From an uncultured Candidatus Micrarchaeota archaeon (lineage in GTDB: Archaea > Micrarchaeota > Micrarchaeia > Norongarragalinales > CAINOH01), in contig CAINOH010000009.1 of NCBI GenBank assembly GCA_903851445.1, positions 261,784 to 325,783 of the forward strand: a stretch of 64,000 bases of DNA, in the 5' to 3' direction. The notes under the pieces were generated by a model. It did no database searches, was not told the origin of the DNA, and was given only the letters and a program-made list of their open reading frames with translations. Shown one piece after another: positions 1 through 9,404 of the stretch; positions within the stretch are counted from its first letter, which is position 1; each line of letters starts with the position of its first letter. Both the position numbers and the translations under genes were made by a program.

Positions 1-1139
1 ATGCCCCAGCGCGTCATCTCCTGCACGCCGATGCGCACCCCGCTCGGGTTCGCCACCTTGCTTCCTGCGTCGAATGGCAGGAGGTTGAAGTTGAGGATGA
101 TGTTGCTCTCCTCAAGCTTGTTGGCTGCCTGCTTGCCTCCGCCCTGCGGGTTCATATCTACCATAACCTGGTGCGACTCAGTATAGCCGAATTCTTCGGC
201 CTGCACCTTGAAGCCCTCCTTTGCAAGAGCTTGGGCAAAGAACTTGGCGTTCTTGGTGACCTGGGTAGCGTAGGATTCGCCGAATTCCAGCATCTCGGCA
301 AAGGCTATTGCAAGTGCCGGGAAGCGGTGCAGGTGGTAATTCGAGAGCACTCCGGGGAACACGTAGGGCCGGTACCTCTTCCACTGGTTCTCCTCCATGT
401 TTGCAAGCATCAGCCCGCCCTGCGGCCCGAAGAAGGTCTTGTGAGTTGAGGACACCATTATGTCCGCGCCCTCGGCAAGCGGCTGCTGGAACTTCTTGCC
501 AGCAACAAGCCCGAGCACGTGCGCGGCGTCGTACGCCACAGTAGCGCCCTGGTCCTTGATTACCGGAGCAAGCTCCTTCACAGGCTGCGGGAATAGGAAC
601 ATCGAGCACCCGAAGATTGCAAGCGAGAAGCGGTTGCGGAGGTCCTTTCCAGTTTTCTCGATGGTCTTTTTTGCCGCGTCCACGTCGATGTGGTATCCAT
701 CCTCGGTTGTTGGGAACGAAACCTGGTTGTTCCCCAACAGGCCAACTGCGCCCATCTTGTTGTGCGAGATGTGACCGCCGCCCGAGGCGGAGTTGGAAAT
801 TACTGTGCTGGTGGGCTGCGTGAACATTCGCACCATGGCCATGTTGGCGACTGTTGCCGAGATGGTCTGGCAGTTTGCCATCTTTGCGGAAAAGAGCTTC
901 TTTGCAAGCTCGTTGCAGATGGGCTCAATCTCGTCAACGTACTTCGTTCCGTTGTAGAATCGCTTTCCCGGCTCGCCTTCGGCATAGCGGTGGGAAAAGT
1001 CCGACTGGTACGCCGCGTCAACTAGGGGCGACGTGACGTTTTCCGAGGCGATGAGGTTTATGCATTCCTTCTTCCGCCACTGGTTCTGCTTTTTTACGAT
1101 GCTTTGGACCTGGCCCACTACCTTGCTGTACTCGCCCAT
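1..1139 (-). CDS. glyA: Serine hydroxymethyltransferase, archaeal type (3' end runs off the window)
   Basis: Not in the ORF track because it has no stop in the window. Manual translation from ATG 1139 gives INLIASENVTS, YAEGEPGKRFYNG, YDAAHVLGL, SSTHKTFFGPQGG (PLP lysine), TESHQV and PSGVRIGVQEMTRWG. Confidence 0.95.
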   Translation of the reverse strand, partial: MGEYSKVVGQVQSIVKKQNQWRKKECINLIASENVTSPLVDAAYQSDFSHRYAEGEPGKRFYNGTKYVDEIEPICNELAKKLFSAKMANCQTISATVANMAMVRMFTQPTSTVISNSASGGGHISHNKMGAVGLLGNNQVSFPTTEDGYHIDVDAAKKTIEKTGKDLRNRFSLAIFGCSMFLFPQPVKELAPVIKDQGATVAYDAAHVLGLVAGKKFQQPLAEGADIMVSSTHKTFFGPQGGLMLANMEENQWKRYRPYVFPGVLSNYHLHRFPALAIAFAEMLEFGESYATQVTKNAKFFAQALAKEGFKVQAEEFGYTESHQVMVDMNPQGGGKQAANKLEESNIILNFNLLPFDAGSKVANPSGVRIGVQEMTRWG

Positions 1140-1277
1140 TTTCCATTCGCCCCCACAAAAACCGCCAGTTGAAAACCGGATTTACAAACTATTTCTTGCC
1201 CCGCACGTTTTTTATTTTGTAGCTGGCACAAACAATCCACTGCCCGAAGGGCAAAATCAACGGAAGGTTTATACACA

Positions 1278-1709
1278 ATGGAATGGCAAACTCCACAGAA
1301 GCCGGCGACCACGCAGCAGACTGCGGTATTTCCGCCGCAAAGCCAGGAAACGGGGAAACCGGCAAAGCCGCGCATCTCTTACGACGATTTTGCAAAGCTT
1401 GACCTGCGCGTCGCAAAAATCCTCGATGCCGAGCCGGTCGAAGGCTCGGACAGGCTCCTGAAGCTGAAAATCCGCGTGGGGTCGGAAGAGCGCCAGCTTG
1501 TCGCTGGAATCGCGCAGCACTATGCGCCTGACGAGTTGCTTGGAAAGAAAATCATAGTCATCGCAAACCTGGAGCCGCGAAAGATACGCGGGGTCGAGTC
1601 ACAAGGGATGCTCCTTGCAGCTTCCGAGGAAAAAGACGGGAAGCTTGTCAAGCTCTGCCTGGCAACAGTTGATGACTCTGAGTTCCCGGACGGCTCGGCA
1701 CTTTCGTAA
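1278..1709 (+). CDS. Stand-alone tRNA-binding OB-fold protein (MetRS C-terminal/Trbp111/CsaA-like)
   Basis: ISYDDFAKLDLRVAKI, SDRLLKLKI, RQLVAGI, ANLEPRKIRGVESQGMLLAA. Confidence 0.9.
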   Translation: MEWQTPQKPATTQQTAVFPPQSQETGKPAKPRISYDDFAKLDLRVAKILDAEPVEGSDRLLKLKIRVGSEERQLVAGIAQHYAPDELLGKKIIVIANLEPRKIRGVESQGMLLAASEEKDGKLVKLCLATVDDSEFPDGSALS

Positions 1710-1763
1710 TTACCGGAAACGGGGTCTGCGATCGCTTTTTATGCCAAATTTTCTGGGACTAGT

Positions 1764-2480
1764 GTGGAAAGCCAGCTAATCGTCGGCATTGACGACAGGG
1801 AACTGCGGAGCGCTACAGCAAGAAAGCTCTACGAGCTGGGCTGCAGGTTTGACTCCCAGCGCCTTTCTGTCGGAGATTATGTTGTCAGCGGACGCTGCTG
1901 CATCGAACGAAAGAACGACTCTGATTTCGAGCAGAGCATAATGGACGGCCGGCTCTTTACACAGGCGTCCGAACTCTGCTCGGCTTACAAGGCGCCGGTA
2001 ATCGGCATTGTTGGCAATGGCTTTTGCAGGCTGGACCGCAAGGCAATACGCGGCGCGCAGGCAAGCCTGGCTGTTGATTTTCGCATTCCCGTGTTCTTCT
2101 TCCCAACAGAGGAGGAGTTCGCCGAATTTGTTTATGCGCTGGCTTTCCGGGAGCAGGCAACTGGAAACGGTCCGCCGCGGATGCAGACTGCAAAAAAGGA
2201 AGTCGCCCTTGCGGATTTGCAGCAGCTTGCAGTCGAGTCCCTTCCCTCAATAGGCCCTGTTCACGCGCGGGCCCTGCTTTCAAGGTTCGGCTCGGTTGCG
2301 AAAGTGTACAACGCTGCGGTTGAGGAGCTTGTGCAGGTCGAGGGCGTCGGGAAAGTACGCGCGGAGAGGATGAGAACGGTCATCGACTCTGCCTACGCCG
2401 ATTCGAAGGCGAAAGAGGCAACGGCAAAAGCAGCTACAGCATTAGCATCAGCTGACGCGGAAGACCCGCGCGTCGCCTGA
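1764..2480 (+). CDS. xpf: Short XPF/ERCC4-type structure-specific nuclease with HhH2 domain
   Basis: IDDRE, GDYVV, IERK..SDF..SI.DGRLF.Q, C-terminal LPSIGP and VEGVGK helix-hairpin-helix motifs; no helicase domain. GTG start. Confidence 0.88.
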   Translation: MESQLIVGIDDRELRSATARKLYELGCRFDSQRLSVGDYVVSGRCCIERKNDSDFEQSIMDGRLFTQASELCSAYKAPVIGIVGNGFCRLDRKAIRGAQASLAVDFRIPVFFFPTEEEFAEFVYALAFREQATGNGPPRMQTAKKEVALADLQQLAVESLPSIGPVHARALLSRFGSVAKVYNAAVEELVQVEGVGKVRAERMRTVIDSAYADSKAKEATAKAATALASADAEDPRVA

Positions 2481-3980
2481 GTCGAAGAGAAGGTCGAGCT
2501 CGGAGGAGTTGCCGGGGTACAGGAATGCCTTTGAGAACGTGTTTTCTCCTGCCCCGAAAACGCCCTGCGTCTTGTTGTCAAAGTATATGTAGCCCGCGCC
2601 GTACTTTTTCGCTATCCTGTCCACTGCCGCGCTGTCGCCGGTTGAAAAGAGCGCCTGCACGTCCGTCACTTTCTCATCAAGCCTTGGCTCGAACTCGAAA
2701 TAGCCATCCACCACGACCTGCTTTTTGGAAATTTCCGCAATCGGGTGCCCCCGGTCCCACAAGGCAATCACCGGCGCCTGCGGGAGGCCTGACAAGTATG
2801 CAAACCCGGCAAGCTGCTGCATAGAATATTGTCCGGACTGGATGTTGAGCGCGCAATACACTGAGGCGAGAACCGCGATTCCGCACACCAACCACACGAC
2901 CGGGGCATAGTTTTCGGTCTTGGCGTCGGCCTCGCACAGTCCGAAAGCGGCAAGGATTGCGAGCGGGGCTGCTGCGTAGACGATGTTCCTGCTTGCAAAG
3001 AACAGCAATGCAAACGAGACTACCGATGCCGCAACGAGCCAGTGGCTCCTGATAATCCGCGGCTTTTCAGGGAAGCCGAACGCCTTGAGCACGGCTATAG
3101 CGCAGAGAATCAGCACGGGCCCGGTGATTTGCACGACGCCAATAGGATTGCTCGGCTGCATCTCGGAAGATGTGCGGAAAGTGCTGGCTGTTGTGAAGTC
3201 CATAAGCGGAAGCCGGAGGTAGTACGTTGCAGCAGCAAGCGCGGAGAGGCCGAAAACGGCAAGCAGCAGCAAGGCCTTCGAATGAAAGAAGTCGGATGCT
3301 GTTGCGGCCAACCTTTGCTTTGGCTTTCTTTTCAAGGCAACAAAAACCGGCTCGGACTTACAGAAAAACGCCGAGAGATAATCAACAAATACCGCCATCA
3401 TGAGCAGGCAACCAACCACGGCCAGCGAATACGGGTGCAGAAGCGCAAGGAACGCGCCAAGAACTACCATCCCGAATGTGTTCTTTTTCAAAAGGAACAT
3501 GATTGCAAGAGCGATTGCCGCCGGAGCAAAAGCATCCGGCCTGGCGTATAGCCCCTGGCGAAGGAAAAAAATCGGGAGCAGGGCAGCGGATAGTGCGGAA
3601 AAAAGGGCGGCATCGGTAGGGAGGCCGCTGCGCTTTAGCGCAGCCCTTGCGGCGCAGTAAACCGCAAGAACCGCCAGCAGGGAAAAAAGCAGGGATACCA
3701 GTGCATATGACCAGAGCGCAGGAACGCCGAACAGCACCGCAAGCGTGCCGCCAATCACGTGGAAAAGCGGGTAGTAAGTGTAAGCGCGGCCGAGGTTGGA
3801 AAGCTCGTCAAAAGTCCTTACCTGGCCTTCCTGCGCCACGTATTCCATCTGCCGCAGGTGGTAGTAGTGGTCCGGGTCGGGAAACGAGTCAAGGAAAGCA
3901 GGATAGATGCGGACAGAAAGCGTGGCAAGGACTAGCAGCAAGAGCAGGGATAGCTGCAGTTGGCATTGCTTTTCGTTCAT
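2448..3980 (-). CDS. AglB/STT3-like membrane glycosyltransferase (divergent)
   Basis: Many TM segments, DPDHYYHLR near the N-terminus, and LWDRGH where WWDYG is expected. Start set at ATG 3980, which overlaps the upstream stop (ATGA). The 3' end overlaps xpf convergently by 33 bp. Confidence 0.7.
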   Translation of the reverse strand: MNEKQCQLQLSLLLLLVLATLSVRIYPAFLDSFPDPDHYYHLRQMEYVAQEGQVRTFDELSNLGRAYTYYPLFHVIGGTLAVLFGVPALWSYALVSLLFSLLAVLAVYCAARAALKRSGLPTDAALFSALSAALLPIFFLRQGLYARPDAFAPAAIALAIMFLLKKNTFGMVVLGAFLALLHPYSLAVVGCLLMMAVFVDYLSAFFCKSEPVFVALKRKPKQRLAATASDFFHSKALLLLAVFGLSALAAATYYLRLPLMDFTTASTFRTSSEMQPSNPIGVVQITGPVLILCAIAVLKAFGFPEKPRIIRSHWLVAASVVSFALLFFASRNIVYAAAPLAILAAFGLCEADAKTENYAPVVWLVCGIAVLASVYCALNIQSGQYSMQQLAGFAYLSGLPQAPVIALWDRGHPIAEISKKQVVVDGYFEFEPRLDEKVTDVQALFSTGDSAAVDRIAKKYGAGYIYFDNKTQGVFGAGENTFSKAFLYPGNSSELDLLFDSGDARVFRVS

Positions 3981-4441
3981 CTTGCAGCCTCGATTGCCAT
4001 CTTTTCCATTGCCAGGCCGCACAGGGGATAGCGCTTGAGCGACTCCTCTGAAAGCCCGTAGTATGCAGAGAGGAACTTGCTGTCGCATTCCTTGCAGGAG
4101 GCCTCGCCCCTGATGCCCAGCTCCTTTTTCAGCCCTGCCGGAAATGCCTTGGTCGAGGCAATGGCAACCGGCTCGCCGGGCACAGGTGCGGTTGCCTTGA
4201 GTGCGGTCTGGACGTTGGAGTCAGAGGCGAGCCTGCACAGCCATTCAAGCTCCGGCGTGCGGGCTCTGTTGCTGCCAATCTGGAAGGATTTTAAACTTAA
4301 GAATAGGGAATAATAGAGTAGCTTACTACAGCCAAAGCTTCGCCTGACGATGACGGCCAGGGCGCCCGGACAGCTTTTCCTTATGCATTCCAAGGCAGCC
4401 TGAACGTTTCCAACAGGCAGGGCGGAATAAACGTAAATCAT
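3977..4441 (-). CDS. cgi121: KEOPS complex subunit Cgi121-like
   Basis: RARTPELEWLCRLASDSNVQTALK and C-terminal AMEKMAI resemble Cgi121; size about 154 aa. The start may extend to 4465. Confidence 0.7.
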   Translation of the reverse strand: MIYVYSALPVGNVQAALECIRKSCPGALAVIVRRSFGCSKLLYYSLFLSLKSFQIGSNRARTPELEWLCRLASDSNVQTALKATAPVPGEPVAIASTKAFPAGLKKELGIRGEASCKECDSKFLSAYYGLSEESLKRYPLCGLAMEKMAIEAAR

Positions 4442-4542
4442 GAAACGATTGGCAACGTAGGGCAATATATTTTCATTGAAAGCGTGCCGCGGCCGAATGG
4501 ACGCAACAGCTGAAATTTTTCATTCCTGGAGGGAAAATCACA

Positions 4543-4962
4543 ATGGTACAATATCACGCAAAGAGGCTCTCAAAGACTTCGGGCTCGGGCGGCAAGCTCA
4601 AGTCCTCGGCTGACAAGAAGCGCGCCCACATCGGCGGCTTTTTCGCACGCACCAAGGTGCTGCGCCCCGACGACGTAAAGCCGGGCCAGGAGCCCAAGGA
4701 AGTGCGCAAGACCTTCCGCTCAAAGGGCGGGAAGAAGAAGCTCGCGCTCGACTACGCGCTCTTTGCCAACGTGACCGGCCTCGACGGCAAGACCAAGAAG
4801 ATGCGCATCATCAACGTGCTCGAGAACAAGGCCGACAGGATGTACTCGCGCGAGAACGTCATAACCCGCGGCTCGGTGATACAGGTCGAGGCAGGCAAGG
4901 CCCGCATCACAAGCAGGCCGGGCCAGAACGGCGTGGCAAACGCGGTAATGCTCAAGCAGTAA
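4543..4962 (+). CDS. rps8e: 30S ribosomal protein S8e (eS8)
   Basis: SKTSGSGGK, KTFRSKGG, NVLEN.AD..YSRENVITRGSVI, ARITSRPGQNGVANAV. Confidence 0.95.
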   Translation: MVQYHAKRLSKTSGSGGKLKSSADKKRAHIGGFFARTKVLRPDDVKPGQEPKEVRKTFRSKGGKKKLALDYALFANVTGLDGKTKKMRIINVLENKADRMYSRENVITRGSVIQVEAGKARITSRPGQNGVANAVMLKQ

Positions 4963-5074
4963 GCCCCCTTTTCTTTTCCAACTTTTCGCGCCGGTTTGTT
5001 TTTGCGGCAAGATTCTCTTTTTATTCTTCCTTTTGCACTTAGCATGTGGCAGCCAACCCGCCAAGTGCAATCCT

Positions 5075-5560
5075 ATGGGAATACTCGACATCTTCAAAAA
5101 GAACGACTCCGAACTCCACTCCCCCGACGTGCGAAAGCGCGTGGATAGGGGTGTGGAGATAGTGAAGGCGGCACTCAAGCAGCATCCTAGCTACAGGATT
5201 GGAAGGCACGCGTACTCGTACAAGAAGAACGATATGGTGGAGCAAATCGTCGACAGCGAGGTTGCCAACCAGGGCGGAATAGAGCTTTACGCGCCTGGCG
5301 AAGAGAAGCCCGAAGCGCTGGTGCACTTTGAGACGGGCTTTCCGAACAGGCCGATAATATTCGTAAAGAAGGGCAGGATTACGGGCACCGAGTGCAAGGC
5401 GTGGAAGAGCATACAAAAGGCGCTCCAAAAAGAGGGCAAGTACCCCGGGATATTCGCGCCCAACATACGGCTTGTTGACCGCAAGCACTCGCTTTCGGTG
5501 GATCACTTTTACGACTCTAGAGCGTGCGCGCGTGATGGCCAGACCAAACCGAAGTATTGA
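5075..5560 (+). CDS. Hypothetical protein (orphan)
   Basis: 161-aa ORF with host-like codon use; no recognised motif. Confidence 0.65.
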   Translation: MGILDIFKKNDSELHSPDVRKRVDRGVEIVKAALKQHPSYRIGRHAYSYKKNDMVEQIVDSEVANQGGIELYAPGEEKPEALVHFETGFPNRPIIFVKKGRITGTECKAWKSIQKALQKEGKYPGIFAPNIRLVDRKHSLSVDHFYDSRACARDGQTKPKY

Positions 5561-5614
5561 GCCGCGGAAAACCAGGGGGCAAACGATTTAACGATTCGGA
5601 CTAGGGAGATTTTT

Positions 5615-5923
5615 TTGGCAATAGCATACAGGGGCGGGCGTGAAAAGTACGAATACGGGCTTGAAAACCACCCATTCAAACCGGGAAGCCAGATGCTTGT
5701 CAAGAACTTCGGCCACGAGGGGGCGGTGCCGGTGCCCATAGGTGACGTAATCAAAGTCATACCGGGCAAGGCAAAGGCAGTCTTTGACGCTGCCGCCAAG
5801 AGCAACAAGAAGCTTGGTTACGACGTAAAGCGCGGCGCCGAGAGCATATACGTAATCAACCCATACAACCAAAAACAGCAGGAAATAGTTGCATCCGCGC
5901 TCGGAAAACTTCGCAAGAAATAG
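5615..5923 (+). CDS. Hypothetical small basic protein (orphan)
   Basis: 102-aa ORF with TTG start and host-like codon use; no recognised motif. Confidence 0.6.
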   Translation: MAIAYRGGREKYEYGLENHPFKPGSQMLVKNFGHEGAVPVPIGDVIKVIPGKAKAVFDAAAKSNKKLGYDVKRGAESIYVINPYNQKQQEIVASALGKLRKK

Positions 5924-6069
5924 TCCGTTTTCCCTCCTTTTATAGCCAAAAAGAATATAAGCTTAATTGGGAATAGATTTAAATACGTTTTACTTTCGGA
6001 AGCGAATTTTGGGTATCCAACGGATTTTTCAAGCCTAGGGCACCTAGCGCTCTCTTTCGACGCCTGCCG

Positions 6070-6282
6070 GTGTATGGATTGGCCTACTCAGTTGTCAAAA
6101 AATGCGACGACGGCACGCTGGTCCTCCGGCCGGATTCGAAGGGCCCAGTGCAGAAGGGCACGGCAATTCACTTCGGGATTGAGAAGGCAGGCGCAATAAT
6201 AGAGACCATCGGCAGGGTGGAAGACCCGCTCGTGTTGACGCAGGTTGCGAAGAAGTTCGCGGACGAAAAGGAATTCCAATAG
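6070..6282 (+). CDS. gar1: H/ACA RNP protein Gar1-like
   Basis: 70-aa beta-rich protein with GAIIETIGRVEDPLV; lies directly upstream of tfb, a common archaeal arrangement. Confidence 0.75.
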   Translation: MYGLAYSVVKKCDDGTLVLRPDSKGPVQKGTAIHFGIEKAGAIIETIGRVEDPLVLTQVAKKFADEKEFQ

Positions 6283-6315
6283 GAAAGTCATGTTTTTGAA
6301 AAAAGGTGAGTAGGA

Positions 6316-7224
6316 ATGATTTACAGCAAGTGCACTGAATGCGGAAGCTCAAACCTGAAGCGCGACTCCGACCGCGGCGAGATAGTCTGCCAGAACTGCG
6401 GCCTCGTAATCGAGGAGAACCTCGTGCAGGAGGGGCCGGAATGGCGTGCTTTTGACGCCGAACAGAGGGCAAGCAGGGCAAGGACGGGCGCGCCGCTCAA
6501 GTACATGTCCCCAAACAAGGGCCTAGTCACCGAGATTGACCAGTACAACCGCGACGTGCGCGGCGGGAAGATTGCGCCAAGCCAGCAGGCTCAGCTTTAC
6601 AGGATGCGCAAGTGGCACAAGCGCGCAAGCATCTCCAACTCGGTTGAGAGGAACCTTGCGATTGCATTGACCGAGCTTAACCGCGTTGCCTCGCACCTCG
6701 GCCTGTCCGAGAGCATCCGCGAGGCTGCCGCGCTCCTTTACCGCAAGTGCGTCGAGCGCGGGCTTATCCGCGGACGCCAGATTGAGAGCGTAGTCTCCGC
6801 GGTCATCTATGCGATTTGCAGGCAGTTCGGGATTCCCCGCACGCTTGACGAGATTGCCGCTGTTGCCGAGATTCCGAAGAAGGAAATCGGCCGCACCTAC
6901 CGCCTCATCACCCAGGAGCTTGAGCTCAAGGTGCCGCTCACGAACCCGCGCTTCTACATAACGCGCTTCGTGACCGCACTCCGCCTCTCAGGCCAGACGC
7001 AGGAGAAATCGGTTGAGCTTCTGGACCAGGCAATCGAGAAGGGGCTCATCTCCGGACGCGGCCCTATGGGCGTGGCAGCAGCTGCTGTGTACATCGCAAG
7101 CGTGCTTACCGGCGAGCGCAGGACGCAGAAGGAAGTTGCTGACGTTGCAGGAGTGACCGAGGTCACCATCCGCAACCGCTACCGCGAGCTGAAGAAGGCG
7201 CTTGGCCTGAAGGTAAGCATCTGA
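6316..7224 (+). CDS. tfb: Transcription initiation factor IIB
   Basis: Zn ribbon CTEC..CQNCG, GPEWRAF, SVERNL..AL, GRQIESV, TQKEVADVAGVTEVTIRNRY. Confidence 0.98.
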   Translation: MIYSKCTECGSSNLKRDSDRGEIVCQNCGLVIEENLVQEGPEWRAFDAEQRASRARTGAPLKYMSPNKGLVTEIDQYNRDVRGGKIAPSQQAQLYRMRKWHKRASISNSVERNLAIALTELNRVASHLGLSESIREAAALLYRKCVERGLIRGRQIESVVSAVIYAICRQFGIPRTLDEIAAVAEIPKKEIGRTYRLITQELELKVPLTNPRFYITRFVTALRLSGQTQEKSVELLDQAIEKGLISGRGPMGVAAAAVYIASVLTGERRTQKEVADVAGVTEVTIRNRYRELKKALGLKVSI

Positions 7225-7269
7225 GCAGTGGCAGCAAAGCGGCTTTTGGGGCTTTCGCCAGCTTTTGCC

Positions 7270-7350
7270 CGTTTTCCTTTTTCTTCTTATTTTTGTTTTT
7301 TTTTCTTTTCCTCTTCTTATTTTCGTTTCTTCTTTATTTACTCTTTTTTT
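7270..7350 (+). terminator. Long T-rich tract after tfb (candidate archaeal U-tract terminator)
   Basis: About 80 nt that are almost all T/C, starting about 45 nt after the tfb stop. Confidence 0.4.
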
Positions 7351-7468
7351 GCCGCATCCGCTGCTTTCACAGCAATAGCCTTCCCAGCGGCCTTTGGCAT
7401 AACGGTATTATACCCAAAAACCCTAATGCAACAAACGGTTTTGTATGGTCATCAAGCGGTGATTTGAT

Positions 7469-8170
7469 TTGGCAAAGGCAAGGAAGGCATCGAAAAAGCG
7501 CGTCGCAAGGCGCGGCCACAAGCGGGCAGCCAAAAAGCTCGCTCCGAAGGCAGCGAAGGGAGCATTCTCCGACATGAACTTTGTTGGAATCTTCGAACTT
7601 TGGAAGGCCGCCTTGATCAAACCCGAAAAGATTATTTCGGACCAAGCCAGTAAGGCAGGCTACGCCAAGGGCGTCCTGATGCTGTGCCTTGCAGGAGCGC
7701 TGTATGCCGTAATCTCGGCAGTTCTGACCGCGAACTTCTTCGTGCTCGCGCTCGGGCCAGCCATGTTTGCGGTGATGGTGCCCCTAGTTGTGCTGGTGGG
7801 CGCTGCTGTGGTGTTCGCGTTCGCAAAGATACTGGGAGGAAATGGCGGGCTTCGCGAGCAGTTCTATCTCAGCGCAGTTCTTCTCTCGCCAATCATCCTG
7901 TTGATGGCGTGCGCCAAGGTACTTTACATAATACCGATAATCGGCTTCTTGTTCGAGGCTGCTGTGGTGTTCGTGATCGAGGTGTACGCGCTGTACCAGA
8001 TTACCCTTGCTTTGCGCTCGGTCCACGACTTCAGCACGATCAGGGCGATCCTGTCATGGTTCCTGCCGCTTTTGATTGTGACCATAATCGTCCTGGTTTT
8101 TGCGCTGATTGTGGTAGCGGCAATCCTTGCGTTGGTGCCAGCAGCGGTCCTTGTCGGCGTCCTCAGCTAG
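7469..8170 (+). CDS. Yip1-domain membrane protein with basic N-terminal tail
   Basis: LIKPEKII lead-in, about 5 TM helices, AKILGGNGG..EQF, ALRSVHDFST.RA; N-terminal 31 aa rich in K/R/A. TTG start. Confidence 0.75.
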   Translation: MAKARKASKKRVARRGHKRAAKKLAPKAAKGAFSDMNFVGIFELWKAALIKPEKIISDQASKAGYAKGVLMLCLAGALYAVISAVLTANFFVLALGPAMFAVMVPLVVLVGAAVVFAFAKILGGNGGLREQFYLSAVLLSPIILLMACAKVLYIIPIIGFLFEAAVVFVIEVYALYQITLALRSVHDFSTIRAILSWFLPLLIVTIIVLVFALIVVAAILALVPAAVLVGVLS

Positions 8171-8212
8171 GGGCCGGCAAACCTTTTTCTTCTTTTTTGT
8201 TTTTCTTAGCTC

Positions 8213-9346
8213 TTAGCCGCAGGCCATCTTCAGCAGTTCAGAAGCAGGCGCGTCGGTCTTGAGCCCGGTTGGCGCATAGTGCGTGCGCGAGACTTCGAAT
8301 CCCTTTCCGCGCAAGGCCTCCATAATCCACTCGGTCTTCTTTCCTACCGGCTTTTTGTTTGCGCTGCAAAGCTCGTGCAGGTCAAGGTAACCGGGAGCAA
8401 AGCCGTTCTCCTCCAAAAGAAGCCTGATGAACTCGGAGTGCGCTGCTGTTGCGTAGCGCGACTTCTGGCTTATTGCAAGCATCGATTCGAGCGTTGAGTT
8501 GTCGCTTGTCTTTCCAAGCCACAGCGGGCCGCAGCGCTCAAGCCTGGAGCCACATTTTTTGCATTCCGAGGCATTCTGGTAGAATGCAAAGCACTTCCTG
8601 CAAAAGCCAAGCATTCCGACCTTGGAGTACGCCTCGTCAGCGGCCTTTGCCGATGAGGTGAGCGAGCCTATTGTCTTGATGTGGTGGCCAGAATAGAAGC
8701 TTACCAAGGGCGTGAACGCGTTTGCGTGGACCGCTGCGCTTCGCACCACCCTTCCAATCATGATGCGAAGTGCTGTTTCGTGGCAGTAGTAGTTGTGCGA
8801 GGGCGCGGCGTCGTACTCGCGCCTGCACGGCTTTGGCCGCGCGCCGCACAGGTTCGCAAGGTCGGTTGCGGTGACCGAGAGGAAGGCGTTCCTTGCGCAG
8901 GCGCGGACTGCGGAGTCGAGGAAGTTGGTCGGAGTGCCGAACGGGTCAAGCTCGACGAAATCGTAGTCGTGGCTTGTCGCCGCCTCTATGTGGAAATCCT
9001 TGGAGGAGAAGGTTGAGCCCTTGAGCTTGTTTAGCGCCGCGTTCTTCTTTGCATACGCAATCGCAAGCTCGTTCGCGTCGTTGAACGTGACTCGTGCTTT
9101 GCCGGCCTCGAGGTAGTAGCGCACGCCCCGCGCGCCTGTTGAGCACAGGCCGTCCAGTATCTTGGGGTTTGCCGGGAGCCTTGGCTTCAATGCCTGGAGG
9201 GCGATGCTTGATATCGTGCGCGAGAACTCCATCACGGGGTTGAAGAAGACCATGCAGTGGTGCGGGTCGGAATAGCAGTCCTTCGGCACGTAAAGGCTGG
9301 CCGCCTGCTCGCGCACCTTTATAGCGTTTAACCTAGCTATTTTCAT
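8213..9346 (-). CDS. trm1: tRNA (guanine-26 N2) dimethyltransferase Trm1
   Basis: VFFNPVM, ILDGLCSTGARGVRY, VELDPFGTP, VTATD, HETALRI, Zn finger, GPLWLG, RTHYAPTGLKTDA. Confidence 0.95.
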   Translation of the reverse strand: MKIARLNAIKVREQAASLYVPKDCYSDPHHCMVFFNPVMEFSRTISSIALQALKPRLPANPKILDGLCSTGARGVRYYLEAGKARVTFNDANELAIAYAKKNAALNKLKGSTFSSKDFHIEAATSHDYDFVELDPFGTPTNFLDSAVRACARNAFLSVTATDLANLCGARPKPCRREYDAAPSHNYYCHETALRIMIGRVVRSAAVHANAFTPLVSFYSGHHIKTIGSLTSSAKAADEAYSKVGMLGFCRKCFAFYQNASECKKCGSRLERCGPLWLGKTSDNSTLESMLAISQKSRYATAAHSEFIRLLLEENGFAPGYLDLHELCSANKKPVGKKTEWIMEALRGKGFEVSRTHYAPTGLKTDAPASELLKMACG

Positions 9347-9404
9347 ATAAAACTATTGTCAGCCCAAGCATAATAATTCCTCCTCCCAATCCGCCTGCGC
9401 TTTG

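Noticed and set aside
7340-7402. 20-codon minus-strand ORF MPKAAGKAIAVKAADAAKKE
   Set aside because: Too short, lies in a low-complexity intergenic tract, and has no independent support.
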